Positions 17,076 to 26,366 of a stretch of 34,200 bases of DNA are shown piece by piece. Below the pieces are notes generated by a model that saw nothing but the letters and a program-made list of their open reading frames with translations, was not told where the DNA came from and made no database searches. A program made the position numbers and the translations under genes. Origin of the DNA: a virus. Lineage: Duplodnaviria > Caudoviricetes. The stretch covers positions 1-34,200 of IMG/VR virus record IMGVR_UViG_3300044676_001092; one strand, written 5' to 3'. Position 1 is the first letter of the stretch; every line of letters starts with the position of its first letter.

Positions 17076-19672
17076 AGATACCTTTATATACATCTCAGGC
17101 GCGTCCATCAGGTGAAGCCCCGGGGCGCTCATTCTCAGCGAGAATGCAAGCTGAGCCGTTTATCCGAGCCGAAATTGAAAAAGGGAATACCTTTGGCGCA
17201 GCGGCATCGCAGATCGCTGAGTTTGCAGATATGCGCTACAAAATGGCGCGGGAGGCGAAACTTAATGATGCATTGATTGCAGCTGATGAGCAGCTACGCG
17301 AGGAGACACGGTCTCTTGCTGACTCAAAAGACATCTATAATGTTCTTGATGGCGATGATCCGTACTGGAATAAAAACGTCGAAGGGATCCGAAACACCCT
17401 AAGATCGCAACTCGGCAAAGATCGTGAGTCTTTGCGGATATTTGATGAGCAGTTTAAAAAATCTGAAATCACGCAACGCTTCCGGTTGCGCGGGGTTGTG
17501 GACACAAAGATCGAGCAGCGTATCCAGGCGCAACGCAAGAGAAAGCTTGAAACGGCTGAGGACAACAGTGTCGCGGCTGCAACAATAGACGACATATTTC
17601 TTAATCTGTCAGACATTAAGATTGACGGCGCTCGTACAGCCCAGGTTTTGCGCGCCAATCCTGATGCACTTGATGGTCAACAAGCTGTTCTTCTTAAGAA
17701 TATTGCAAACCGCAGAATGCAAATTCTCCTTGATAACAGCGAGAACCCTATTGCAACGATGTCTATTCTCCGGACGGCAGCTTTGTCCGGCGACACAAGC
17801 GGCCTAACGGATCCTCGGTTGGGCGGCAAAGGTCTTGTTGAGGCTGAGCTTTTATCAATGATGCCGCTCGCTGATCGGATTAGCATACTGAGCGGCGGCG
17901 AAACATTAGCTAAATATGTTGATGGGCCTACGCTAGAAGAAGAGGCTATAAAAGAAAAAGCGGCTGCAAGTTTAGGAGCTGTTTCGAGCGAGGCGACAGA
18001 GGTTTTGTCTTTGCTTGAAAAGAACATCCCTGTTTCAGATGCGCAAATTGATGGTATAGAGGTTGCTTTAAATAAGCTCTCTTCAACATTGCCAGCGGAT
18101 CAAGTTCTGCCGGTGCAAGAGGTTCTTACTGACGCCAGAGACTTTAAGAAATTTAAGGATGAAATCTTGCAAGTCGGCGCGACACCGCGACGGATACAAG
18201 AAGTTATTACCGAAATAGAAAGCAAGCCGGATCTGGGATCGGAGGATGTTAAGTATCTTAACTATGCGAGTAAGTTGTTAAAGTCTACTGTTGATGCAAT
18301 CGAAAAAGATCCTATCGCCTGGGCGCAGAGCACCGGAAACATTGGCGGCCAACCGTTAGATCTATCTTTCTCAGATCCAGCTGAAACTGCGCAACAGTTC
18401 AAGGTGAGAGCGCTAGATGCTAACCGCGTTCATGCGCTAAGCGGGAGAGGCGCTGCTGGCGCAGAGTTCAGATTGTTAAGTGAAGCAGAAGAAAACGCGC
18501 TTGTTGAAAACTTTCAGAATGGGCCGCTTTCTCAAAAAATGTCTGTGCTTATGGGTTTGCAAGCTGCGTTTGATACGGGCACACCGAAATCGCAAGAATT
18601 GCTGCAAGACATGTACGTGACGATTGCAGACAAAGAGCCGCTTATGGCTCACGCTGGCGGGTTGATTGCTATGGGTCGCCAGGATGCAGCGCGCGAGATC
18701 TTGCAAGGGTTGGAGCAATTAAATTCTGGTGTGCAGATCCCTAAGAAAACAGTAAATGGGACTGATGTTGGCGCTGTTATATCGTCAAACTTGCAAGAAG
18801 CTTTGCGGTTTCAGCCGCAAGCAACAGGCGCAATAATCAAGGCAACAGAGGCGATTATTGCCAACCGGTTCTTGGGCGCTACTAAGGATGACCTGACGGA
18901 TGATGATGTCTTGGCAGCAATGCAAACGGCTGCGGGGCAGTATAACAAAAACGATGTTGCTTTTGGCGGATTACAGCTTGTTAATGATGCGATGACATTC
19001 ATGCCGAAAGACGCAAGTGTAGATCGCTTTGAGCAAGTCATGGATAACCTTACTCCAGAGATGATGGCGATTATGGGATATGAAGTAGACCCTAGACTGT
19101 GGGAGCAAGTTGCAGAGGGTAACTGGACATTCCAGGTTGCGGGTGAGGGTCAGTATAGAATTATGCAAGATGAAGGTGGGGTGAGCGCTGTGCCAACATT
19201 CTTGAACGGCTTTAATCTGGAAAGAGGTGGCGAAGCTGAGCCGGTGTTAATTGATTTCTATACAGCTGAAAAAGTGTTGATGGAGGTTCGCCGCAAAAAC
19301 ACAGATTTAGCCTTAACGCAGATACAGGGTGAAGCGTCCGGCTTTGGTCAATTTAGTGAAACCACGGCAAACTTAACGGCGCCAGAAATCGAAGCAGCGA
19401 CAGATGTATCGCCTGTTTTCATGGAGGGATTTGAAGAAACAAAAGGAATTTTCTCTGCTCAGTTGGCGGTTGCTCTCAAAGGCACAAAAAACGCAAAGCA
19501 AAAATCCAAAGCCATTTCTAAGTTAGTTCCTCCAGATAGGTTCAAAACATCAGTACAGCCATTGCTGAAGAGCGTCCCTGATGACGTAAGCAATGAGGAA
19601 TATGTCGAGTATGTTGACGCTGTATTAAATGGCTTTGGTAAATCATTCAAAGATTGGAAAGCATCGCAATGA
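17072..19672 (+). CDS. Internal virion (ejection) protein, 866 aa
   Basis: MKIPLY N-terminus, long helical protein, ATGA coupling at both ends; synteny. Confidence 0.7.
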   Translation: MKIPLYTSQARPSGEAPGRSFSARMQAEPFIRAEIEKGNTFGAAASQIAEFADMRYKMAREAKLNDALIAADEQLREETRSLADSKDIYNVLDGDDPYWNKNVEGIRNTLRSQLGKDRESLRIFDEQFKKSEITQRFRLRGVVDTKIEQRIQAQRKRKLETAEDNSVAAATIDDIFLNLSDIKIDGARTAQVLRANPDALDGQQAVLLKNIANRRMQILLDNSENPIATMSILRTAALSGDTSGLTDPRLGGKGLVEAELLSMMPLADRISILSGGETLAKYVDGPTLEEEAIKEKAAASLGAVSSEATEVLSLLEKNIPVSDAQIDGIEVALNKLSSTLPADQVLPVQEVLTDARDFKKFKDEILQVGATPRRIQEVITEIESKPDLGSEDVKYLNYASKLLKSTVDAIEKDPIAWAQSTGNIGGQPLDLSFSDPAETAQQFKVRALDANRVHALSGRGAAGAEFRLLSEAEENALVENFQNGPLSQKMSVLMGLQAAFDTGTPKSQELLQDMYVTIADKEPLMAHAGGLIAMGRQDAAREILQGLEQLNSGVQIPKKTVNGTDVGAVISSNLQEALRFQPQATGAIIKATEAIIANRFLGATKDDLTDDDVLAAMQTAAGQYNKNDVAFGGLQLVNDAMTFMPKDASVDRFEQVMDNLTPEMMAIMGYEVDPRLWEQVAEGNWTFQVAGEGQYRIMQDEGGVSAVPTFLNGFNLERGGEAEPVLIDFYTAEKVLMEVRRKNTDLALTQIQGEASGFGQFSETTANLTAPEIEAATDVSPVFMEGFEETKGIFSAQLAVALKGTKNAKQKSKAISKLVPPDRFKTSVQPLLKSVPDDVSNEEYVEYVDAVLNGFGKSFKDWKASQ

Positions 19673-22600
19673 GTTTTCTTAGACGACAAGCTGATCCGCT
19701 CGATGTAACGCCATATGAAGGGCGATCAGAAGCGTATTCAACTCCGACAGAAATATACAATTCTGCGGCTAAGTTTATGCAGTATAATCAGCAGTCGTAT
19801 GTTGAGAGAAACCAATACCGTGATGTATTTAAGCCTATCATTGAAGAAATAGCCGAGAAAACCGGGGAGCAATTCTGGAACCCGGCGGGTGCTCTTGGTG
19901 GCTCTGCTCAGGAAGGGACAGGTGTTAGTAATTATGAAGCCCAGGCAAGCGCAATCTTTACGCACATCCAGGAAAACCAGCAGCTCTTCCCGGATCTGGA
20001 AGGGATAAGCCTGGAGACAATTCGTGAGCAGGGTGCAGAGTTAGCGCGCCAGGCACAAGAGGAATACCAGGCAGTCAAGCGCCGGTCGCGTGATTACGGT
20101 TTTCTTTCAGCTGAGGGCCGCGCTGAGTTGGGCGCTGGCCTTATGAACTTTGTCGCTGACCCTGGCGGTCAAACTACGCTTCTTATACCTGGCGCACAGT
20201 TGCCAAAACTTGGCGCTAATTTCACGCAAGCTCTTACTAAGTTCGTTGCGGCAGAGTTTGCCCTGGGCGCTGGTTCTGAGCTGGTTATCCAGGCTGGCGT
20301 TAAGGATTGGTATGACAAGCAGGGCATGGAATATACCTATGAGGATTTCTGGGAGAACGTTCTTCTAGGTGGCGCGTTCAACGTTGGCGGATCTGCCGTC
20401 TTGCAAGGAACGCTACGAGGTGCCGGTCGTGGCGTTAGTATGACAAGCGACCAGGCAAAAGAGATGATTAATATTCTAAAGCGCGCTGGCACAAAGCCGA
20501 CGAAAGATGCTGATGTTGGCTTAAAAGTTTTAGACGACATGGAGGAAACGCTGAATGCTAATCCTCTCGGTGATCCTGTCAATTTAGATGACATCAAGGC
20601 TAGGATGTCAGCAAATATGAAAGAGTTTGATGAGTTAGCTCTTGTTGAACGCAAAGCTGTAGAAGAAGATCTTGATGCATTACAAGATGAGATGGAGCAG
20701 CTTCTTGATGATGGCCTGAGCAAAGAGGAAGTTGTTGCGCAAATTGGGCCGCGTCAAAAAGAATTAAAAGACAAACTCAAAAATATACAAGAACAGCTTG
20801 ATGCACTTGGGATAGAATATGGGCGCCTGGAAAAACTGCGTCAAAGTAAAGTTGCAGATCCAAGCGACATAGGCCCAGCGACAAACGAGCACATACAGCG
20901 CGTAGAAGCAGCGCAGACAGCGCTCGAGCTAGACGAGCCAGTGGTTACACCGGACACGCCTAACAGCCCTCCCCGGCCCCCAGAAACTATCTACGAGGTA
21001 GAAGAGAAATCAGGCATTCCAGAGCTGGACATCGACAACATCCAGGTCGATGCTGATACATTCCAGTTCAAAAGCGGCGGTGATAAGTTTGGTGTTACTG
21101 AAAAGCTGCAAGGCGTGACTGAGTGGAACCCATACTATGCCGGGACTGTTACAGTGTGGGAGCGCGCAGACGGTGTGCAGTTTATTGCTGACGGACACCA
21201 GCGCTTAGGGCTTGCGAAACGTATCAAGGCAATGGATCCCGACCAAGATGTTCGCTTGTACGGACACGTATTTCGTGAGGTAGACGGAGAAACAGCATCT
21301 AAGGTTCGCGTCCGGGCAGCAATGAACAACGTTGCCAACAATACAGCTGATGCCCTAGATATTGCCAAGATCCTCAAAGAAGCGCCCGAAATGGCAAATC
21401 AGCTGCCAAAGTATTCAGCTGCCGGGCGCCAGGGTAAAGACCTGGTAAACCTGGCAATCGAAAATTGGGGGTACGTTTATAACAAAATTATACCGGCAAA
21501 CTATGCTGCTATTGTTGCCAGGCTAATCCCGGAGGCTGACAAGGAGCTGCAAGAAGCCGCCCTTAAGATCCTGGCAAAAAGTGATCCGGCTAACGAGGTG
21601 CAAGCTGAGGCTATAGTTCGCCAGGTGCGCGATCTCGAGGCCGATACAGTTGTCCAGGAGAGCTTGTTCGGTGAAGAGATGTTCAAGGAAAGTTTAATCG
21701 TTGAACGCGCTGAGGTGCTTGATCGAGCGCTTAAACAACTGCGCCTGGACAAACGTTCATTTAAAAACCTGGTAGACCAGCAGAACCGGCTTGAGGCAGA
21801 GGGTAATAAACTTGTCGAAGCCGCAAACAAGAAAAGGGTTGATACAGATGGCAAAGCAATCGAATACATCAACATCCTCGCAAACAGGAAAGGCGAAGTC
21901 TCGGACGCGCTCTCAGACGCAGCAAGGGTCGCAAAAGACACCGGGCGCACTGTTGAAGCTGCAAGAGGATTTGCAGACTATGTCCGAGGACGAATTGAGA
22001 ACGGTGATTTCCGAAGCCTCGAAGATGGCGGCGTTGGAAGGTATGCTGATGATCCGCCGAAAGAACAACGCGTACAGAATAAGCCAGAGCAAGAACTCGC
22101 AGACTTCTCAGACGTAGCAAACGGTAAAGGCTTCCAGGAGCAGCTTGACGCAATCGAGGCGGAAGAGTTGCCGATGAGCGAAAAAGCTGAGCGTGAGATG
22201 ATTGAGAAAGGCGAGATCGCGCCTAACTACACGTATTATCTTGAGCTGACTGATGATGCTATCGAGATCCCTACGCAAAACATTATTCCCATCCGGGCGC
22301 GTAAAGACGGTATTGCCCGGGGACGAGAGCTGATGGCGGATGCTGCTAAAGGCGGTATGTCCAGGCGTGGGCCTCTATCGGTGCGTGATAACGGCGATGG
22401 CACTTATACGCTGCTAGATGGCAACAGTACCTACGCGATTGCATCTGAGGCGGGTATGCCTAAGCTTCCGGCGCGTGTGCTAACGATGGAAGGGTTCGCC
22501 AGGGAAGAGGCGCTGAAAGCGGCAAGCAAGATCCAGAAATCTGATGGAAAGCCAAAGCGCCGGCGCGTCAATGCAAACGACATGGGCCGGGATGAATTTA

Positions 22601-23745
22601 CGGAGTTCTTTAATACTCTGCGCATGAACCAGGGCTATGACGACCTGGACACAATGCTAAAAGACGGTGCTGTGGTTAATGAACTGCTTAACGACAGAAT
22701 GGAAGCTATCGCGTCTGACATGGGGCTAACGTACTATCGAGGCCCGGTTAAGGGTGCGGAGCGCGCTGCTGAGAAAGTACGTGATAAGTATATGGGTAAT
22801 GTCAGCATGTTAGCTGATGTTGCGCGTACCGGGGTGACAGTTAATGACCCGAAGGAGATTGACGAGATCCTAAAAAGACTTGCGCAGCCTGGCGGCTATC
22901 ATGTTGTCTATGAAGATTTCGGCATGACGGATCTAGGCTACTTTGATGCTAAAGCTTCTTTGATTGATGAAAACGGATTTATCAGTGAGATCCAGTTCTA
23001 TCCGCCTGGCATGTATAATGCTAAAATGAAGAAAGCAAAAGGCGGTCTTGGTGGGCATGAAGCTTACAAGATTACACGCGAAAAGTGGCGCCCGATTGCG
23101 CAACGATGGGAAGCTACGCAGTACCAGCTTAAGATTTATGGTGAAGCTATGGCGTCTTTGCCAGAAGCGTTTTCCGATTTGATCGGCAGACTGCCCAGGT
23201 CTGCGCCCATGACCTTTGCGGAAATGGTTGCTTCTGAGAAGTTGATCTCTGGAGATCTAACATCGCCTAGTATTTCGCCAGGCATTATGGGGCGCCAGGA
23301 CTTGCTGCCACGATCCCAACCATATGCTTCTGAGCTATCGTCTGACATCCCTGCCAGTATTAGCCCCTCAACTTTAAACCAACGCATTGGTGACACCTCC
23401 GGTCAAAGTATAGATGTTTCTGAGTCTGAACTCAAGTCTACTATGGCTTTGGACGGCGACCAAGTAGTAATTCCAGGTGCGGAGCAAATATCCCAGCGTG
23501 AGCTTGCTGAGCGCATTATGGAAAGCGCTAAGCGTGGTGGGTATGAACCTATGCCAGAGGGCGGTTTGTTTGATGAGGTTCGCACTAAAGATCTCTTTGA
23601 CGAGTTTGATGATGACATGAAATTTGCCTTTGAGGATGAGCTGCCAAGTGGCGAGCGGGTTTACGAAGAGCGCACAGTGAAAGAGCTGCGCGATGAATTT
23701 GACCAAGATCAATCGATGCTTGATCGACTAAGAGGGTGCGTCTGA
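19669..23745 (+). CDS. Large polyvalent internal virion protein with two ParB/Srx-like domains and a RelA/SpoT-like nucleotidyltransferase domain (1358 aa)
   Basis: ATG 19669 overlaps the upstream TGA; FIADGHQR (DGHQR at 21190-21204); YTLLDGNST (DGNST at 22417-22431); PVKGAERAAEK / LADVAR / GYFD / EIQF / GHEAY (22741-23067); lies between other ejection genes. Confidence 0.8.
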   Translation: MSFLRRQADPLDVTPYEGRSEAYSTPTEIYNSAAKFMQYNQQSYVERNQYRDVFKPIIEEIAEKTGEQFWNPAGALGGSAQEGTGVSNYEAQASAIFTHIQENQQLFPDLEGISLETIREQGAELARQAQEEYQAVKRRSRDYGFLSAEGRAELGAGLMNFVADPGGQTTLLIPGAQLPKLGANFTQALTKFVAAEFALGAGSELVIQAGVKDWYDKQGMEYTYEDFWENVLLGGAFNVGGSAVLQGTLRGAGRGVSMTSDQAKEMINILKRAGTKPTKDADVGLKVLDDMEETLNANPLGDPVNLDDIKARMSANMKEFDELALVERKAVEEDLDALQDEMEQLLDDGLSKEEVVAQIGPRQKELKDKLKNIQEQLDALGIEYGRLEKLRQSKVADPSDIGPATNEHIQRVEAAQTALELDEPVVTPDTPNSPPRPPETIYEVEEKSGIPELDIDNIQVDADTFQFKSGGDKFGVTEKLQGVTEWNPYYAGTVTVWERADGVQFIADGHQRLGLAKRIKAMDPDQDVRLYGHVFREVDGETASKVRVRAAMNNVANNTADALDIAKILKEAPEMANQLPKYSAAGRQGKDLVNLAIENWGYVYNKIIPANYAAIVARLIPEADKELQEAALKILAKSDPANEVQAEAIVRQVRDLEADTVVQESLFGEEMFKESLIVERAEVLDRALKQLRLDKRSFKNLVDQQNRLEAEGNKLVEAANKKRVDTDGKAIEYINILANRKGEVSDALSDAARVAKDTGRTVEAARGFADYVRGRIENGDFRSLEDGGVGRYADDPPKEQRVQNKPEQELADFSDVANGKGFQEQLDAIEAEELPMSEKAEREMIEKGEIAPNYTYYLELTDDAIEIPTQNIIPIRARKDGIARGRELMADAAKGGMSRRGPLSVRDNGDGTYTLLDGNSTYAIASEAGMPKLPARVLTMEGFAREEALKAASKIQKSDGKPKRRRVNANDMGRDEFTEFFNTLRMNQGYDDLDTMLKDGAVVNELLNDRMEAIASDMGLTYYRGPVKGAERAAEKVRDKYMGNVSMLADVARTGVTVNDPKEIDEILKRLAQPGGYHVVYEDFGMTDLGYFDAKASLIDENGFISEIQFYPPGMYNAKMKKAKGGLGGHEAYKITREKWRPIAQRWEATQYQLKIYGEAMASLPEAFSDLIGRLPRSAPMTFAEMVASEKLISGDLTSPSISPGIMGRQDLLPRSQPYASELSSDIPASISPSTLNQRIGDTSGQSIDVSESELKSTMALDGDQVVIPGAEQISQRELAERIMESAKRGGYEPMPEGGLFDEVRTKDLFDEFDDDMKFAFEDELPSGERVYEERTVKELRDEFDQDQSMLDRLRGCV
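23136..23387 (-). CDS. Nested antisense gene (83 aa), candidate immunity/antitoxin
   Basis: ATG at 23387 with GGAGGT 7 nt upstream and a sigma70-type promoter just beyond; MRWFKVEGLILAGMSDDSSEAYGWDRGSKSWRPIMPGEILGDVRSPEINFSEATISAKVMGADLGSLPIK... Confidence 0.72.
   Translation of the reverse strand: MRWFKVEGLILAGMSDDSSEAYGWDRGSKSWRPIMPGEILGDVRSPEINFSEATISAKVMGADLGSLPIKSENASGKDAIASP
23395..23435 (-). promoter_or_regulatory. Internal antisense promoter and RBS
   Basis: -35 TTGAGT (23435-23430), 17 nt, -10 TATACT (23412-23407), 6 nt, GGAGGT (23400-23395). Confidence 0.75.
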
Positions 23746-26312
23746 TGAGCCTACGTGAATGTATTATTAACGGCAGCAACGAAACGCGCGAAAATGGTAA
23801 GCCTAAGATCTCGCAGCGCCAGCGCGACGAGGCCGTAGAATATTTTGACGAGTATAAGAGGCAACTTATGCTCAAGCTTCCCGAGCCGGAAGCGGATAAG
23901 GAAGCCGGTAAACTGACGTTTTCAGCGCTAGAAAAACAAGCGCGTGACAGAAACCGTCGCAAGATTATGCAATTACGCGCGCAAAAGCAAGCCCTGTTAG
24001 ACATCAAGAACTTTCGCAACATTGGCGGCGATGAGGATTTACCTTTAGCTGCCCAGGCTCTGTTTGCAAAAGATGAACGCGCAAAGTTTGCCGATGTAGA
24101 AACGTTGCAAACAGTTTACTTGCGTAAGGCTACACGGAAGCTAGACAAAATGCTGGGATCTATGCGCCGAAATATTATAGGCCAGGTGCGCAAAAAAGCT
24201 GAGATGGAAAACGTAGTGCGCGAAATGCTCGGAACAGATACCGGGGATGCAGCTGCGCGCGAAATGGGTGAGGCGCTTGCTGCTACGTTTGAGGATCAAC
24301 GCCTGGCATTTAATCGCATGGGCGGATCTATCGGTAAGCTCGAGGGCGGATATTTCCCGGTGCGGCACGATATGATGGCGGTGCGTGGCGCAACTAAGGA
24401 TGAGTGGATCCAGTTTATGATGGGTACTGAGCGCGCCAATGGGCAAGCTGTTTCAGCGCCTACAAAAGATGCTCGTCCTGGTTTGATTGATATTGATAAC
24501 ATGATCGATAATCAGACCGGCTTGCCATTTACTCCGGAGCGCCTCGAGGTTGCCCTGGGCGATATGTACGAGGCAATCGTATCAAATAATGCTACAAGGG
24601 CAAAGGCTACAGGGTTTGGTGGGCAAGGCTCGTTAGCAACGACCAGGGCAGATCATCGCTTTATCAAGTGGAAGAATGCTGATGCGTTCTTAGAATACCA
24701 TGAGAGGTTTGGCGGTAGCGAATTGTTTGATGTGGCAATCGGACATATCCAAAGCATGTCCCGCGATCTTGCATTGCTAGAGCGCCTGGGGCCAAATCCA
24801 AACACAACAAAGCGTTACATTCAGCAGTATTTGCAGCAGCAAGCGGATCTTAGCCAGGACGTAAAGCTAAAAGATACGACTAACGGTGCTGTAGCAAAAA
24901 TTGATACGTTCTATGAATATAATACCGGTGCTAACCTGGCGCCAATCAGCTCCCGGTGGGGCAACCTTTTCGCCGGAATACGCGACATCTTGCAATCTTC
25001 TCAGTTGGGTTCTGCGTTCCTATCTGCATCCGGCGACCTGGCTACTCAAAACATTGCGCGCGCGTCTGCCGGGATCCCACAGATTGGGACATTAGCGCAG
25101 TATCTCAGAGGCATATCGCCGCTAGGTGCTACGGAGAAAGGTCAGCTGGCGGTTCGTCTTGGCTTAGTTGCAGATGGCTGGTCTCAGATGGCGTCAGCAC
25201 AAGCGCGGTTTGTTGGGGAAATGATTAGCCCGGAGGTTACGAGCCGGATCTCTGATTTCGTTATGCGCGCCTCGCTCCTATCAACCTGGACACAAGCCGG
25301 GCGCTGGTCGTTTGGACAAGAGTTCCTGGGCTTCCTGGCTGACAATGTTGGCAAAACGTTTGACGAGCTGCCGAGCAACTTGCGCCGTACAATGGAACAA
25401 TATCAGATTGGATCTGACAAGTGGGAGATCATGCGCGCGACTGAGCTGTATGAATACAACGGCGCTAAGTTCTTGCGCGCTGAGGATATAGCTAACAGAG
25501 CTGACGTGCCGCCTAGTTTAGCCCGGACGCTAGAGACAGATCTCATGCGGATGATTGAGACGGAAACAAACTTTGCTGTACCATCTAGCAGCTTGCGGGG
25601 TGCGGCAATGTTGCGCGGTAGTACTCGACCAGGCTCTTTTGGCGGCGAGCTGTTGAACAGCTTTGCTATGTATAAACAATTCCCGGTTACGCTGATGAAC
25701 ACGCATTTAATGCGCGGGGTAGCTAAGGAAACACGCCTGGGCAAAATGGTTTACCTTAGCCACCTTATGCTGGCAATGACTGCTATGGGTGCTCTGAGCT
25801 ATCAGTTGAAAGAGGTAGCTAAGGGCCGCAACCCTATGGAGATGTTCAATGAGGACGGCGAGCCTAACATGAAATTCTGGGGAAGAGCCGCGCTACAAGG
25901 TGGCGGTTTAGGTTTATACGGCGATTTCTTGTTTTCGGATCTAAATGTTTATGGTCGCGGCCTGGCAGATCAAACAGCTGGCCCGGTTGTTGGATTGATG
26001 ACAGATGTTCGAAACCTAACGTTAGGCAATGTTTCTCAGTATCTAGCCGGGGATGACGTAAACTTTGGCAAGGAAGCTGTGGGTATGGCGTCCAGGTATT
26101 TCCCTGGTAATAACATCTGGTACACCCGCCTAGCGTTTGAACGCCTGGTGCGAGACAACGCTTTGCGGTATGTAGACCCGAAAGCAGATGCCCGGTTCAG
26201 AAGATTGCAGCGCAAGTATGCGCGCGAATATGGGCAAGAGTATTGGTGGGCGCCTGGTAAATCTCAGCCGGGATCCAGGCCGGATCTCAGTACAATGATA
26301 GGAACGAGATGA
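23745..26312 (+). CDS. Internal virion (ejection) protein, T7 gp16-like position
   Basis: TGATG coupling at 23745; LERLGPNP, RPGSFGGEL..FAMYKQFP, AALQGGGLGLYGDFLF motifs. Confidence 0.8.
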   Translation: MSLRECIINGSNETRENGKPKISQRQRDEAVEYFDEYKRQLMLKLPEPEADKEAGKLTFSALEKQARDRNRRKIMQLRAQKQALLDIKNFRNIGGDEDLPLAAQALFAKDERAKFADVETLQTVYLRKATRKLDKMLGSMRRNIIGQVRKKAEMENVVREMLGTDTGDAAAREMGEALAATFEDQRLAFNRMGGSIGKLEGGYFPVRHDMMAVRGATKDEWIQFMMGTERANGQAVSAPTKDARPGLIDIDNMIDNQTGLPFTPERLEVALGDMYEAIVSNNATRAKATGFGGQGSLATTRADHRFIKWKNADAFLEYHERFGGSELFDVAIGHIQSMSRDLALLERLGPNPNTTKRYIQQYLQQQADLSQDVKLKDTTNGAVAKIDTFYEYNTGANLAPISSRWGNLFAGIRDILQSSQLGSAFLSASGDLATQNIARASAGIPQIGTLAQYLRGISPLGATEKGQLAVRLGLVADGWSQMASAQARFVGEMISPEVTSRISDFVMRASLLSTWTQAGRWSFGQEFLGFLADNVGKTFDELPSNLRRTMEQYQIGSDKWEIMRATELYEYNGAKFLRAEDIANRADVPPSLARTLETDLMRMIETETNFAVPSSSLRGAAMLRGSTRPGSFGGELLNSFAMYKQFPVTLMNTHLMRGVAKETRLGKMVYLSHLMLAMTAMGALSYQLKEVAKGRNPMEMFNEDGEPNMKFWGRAALQGGGLGLYGDFLFSDLNVYGRGLADQTAGPVVGLMTDVRNLTLGNVSQYLAGDDVNFGKEAVGMASRYFPGNNIWYTRLAFERLVRDNALRYVDPKADARFRRLQRKYAREYGQEYWWAPGKSQPGSRPDLSTMIGTR

Positions 26313-26366
26313 TGTCTAGGAACACAACTCAATATGTGGTATTTTTGTGCAAAGTAAGGAATTGCC

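Noticed and set aside
17335-22625. Other antisense ORFs in the ejection genes (e.g. 17335-17658, 20337-20723, 21501-21950)
   Set aside because: Ser-rich shadow composition, and I saw no promoter plus RBS combination, unlike 23136-23387.
23374-23712. 112-aa and 71-aa minus-strand ORFs upstream of the nested gene
   Set aside because: They lie upstream of or across the antisense promoter, lack an RBS and read as shadow frames.
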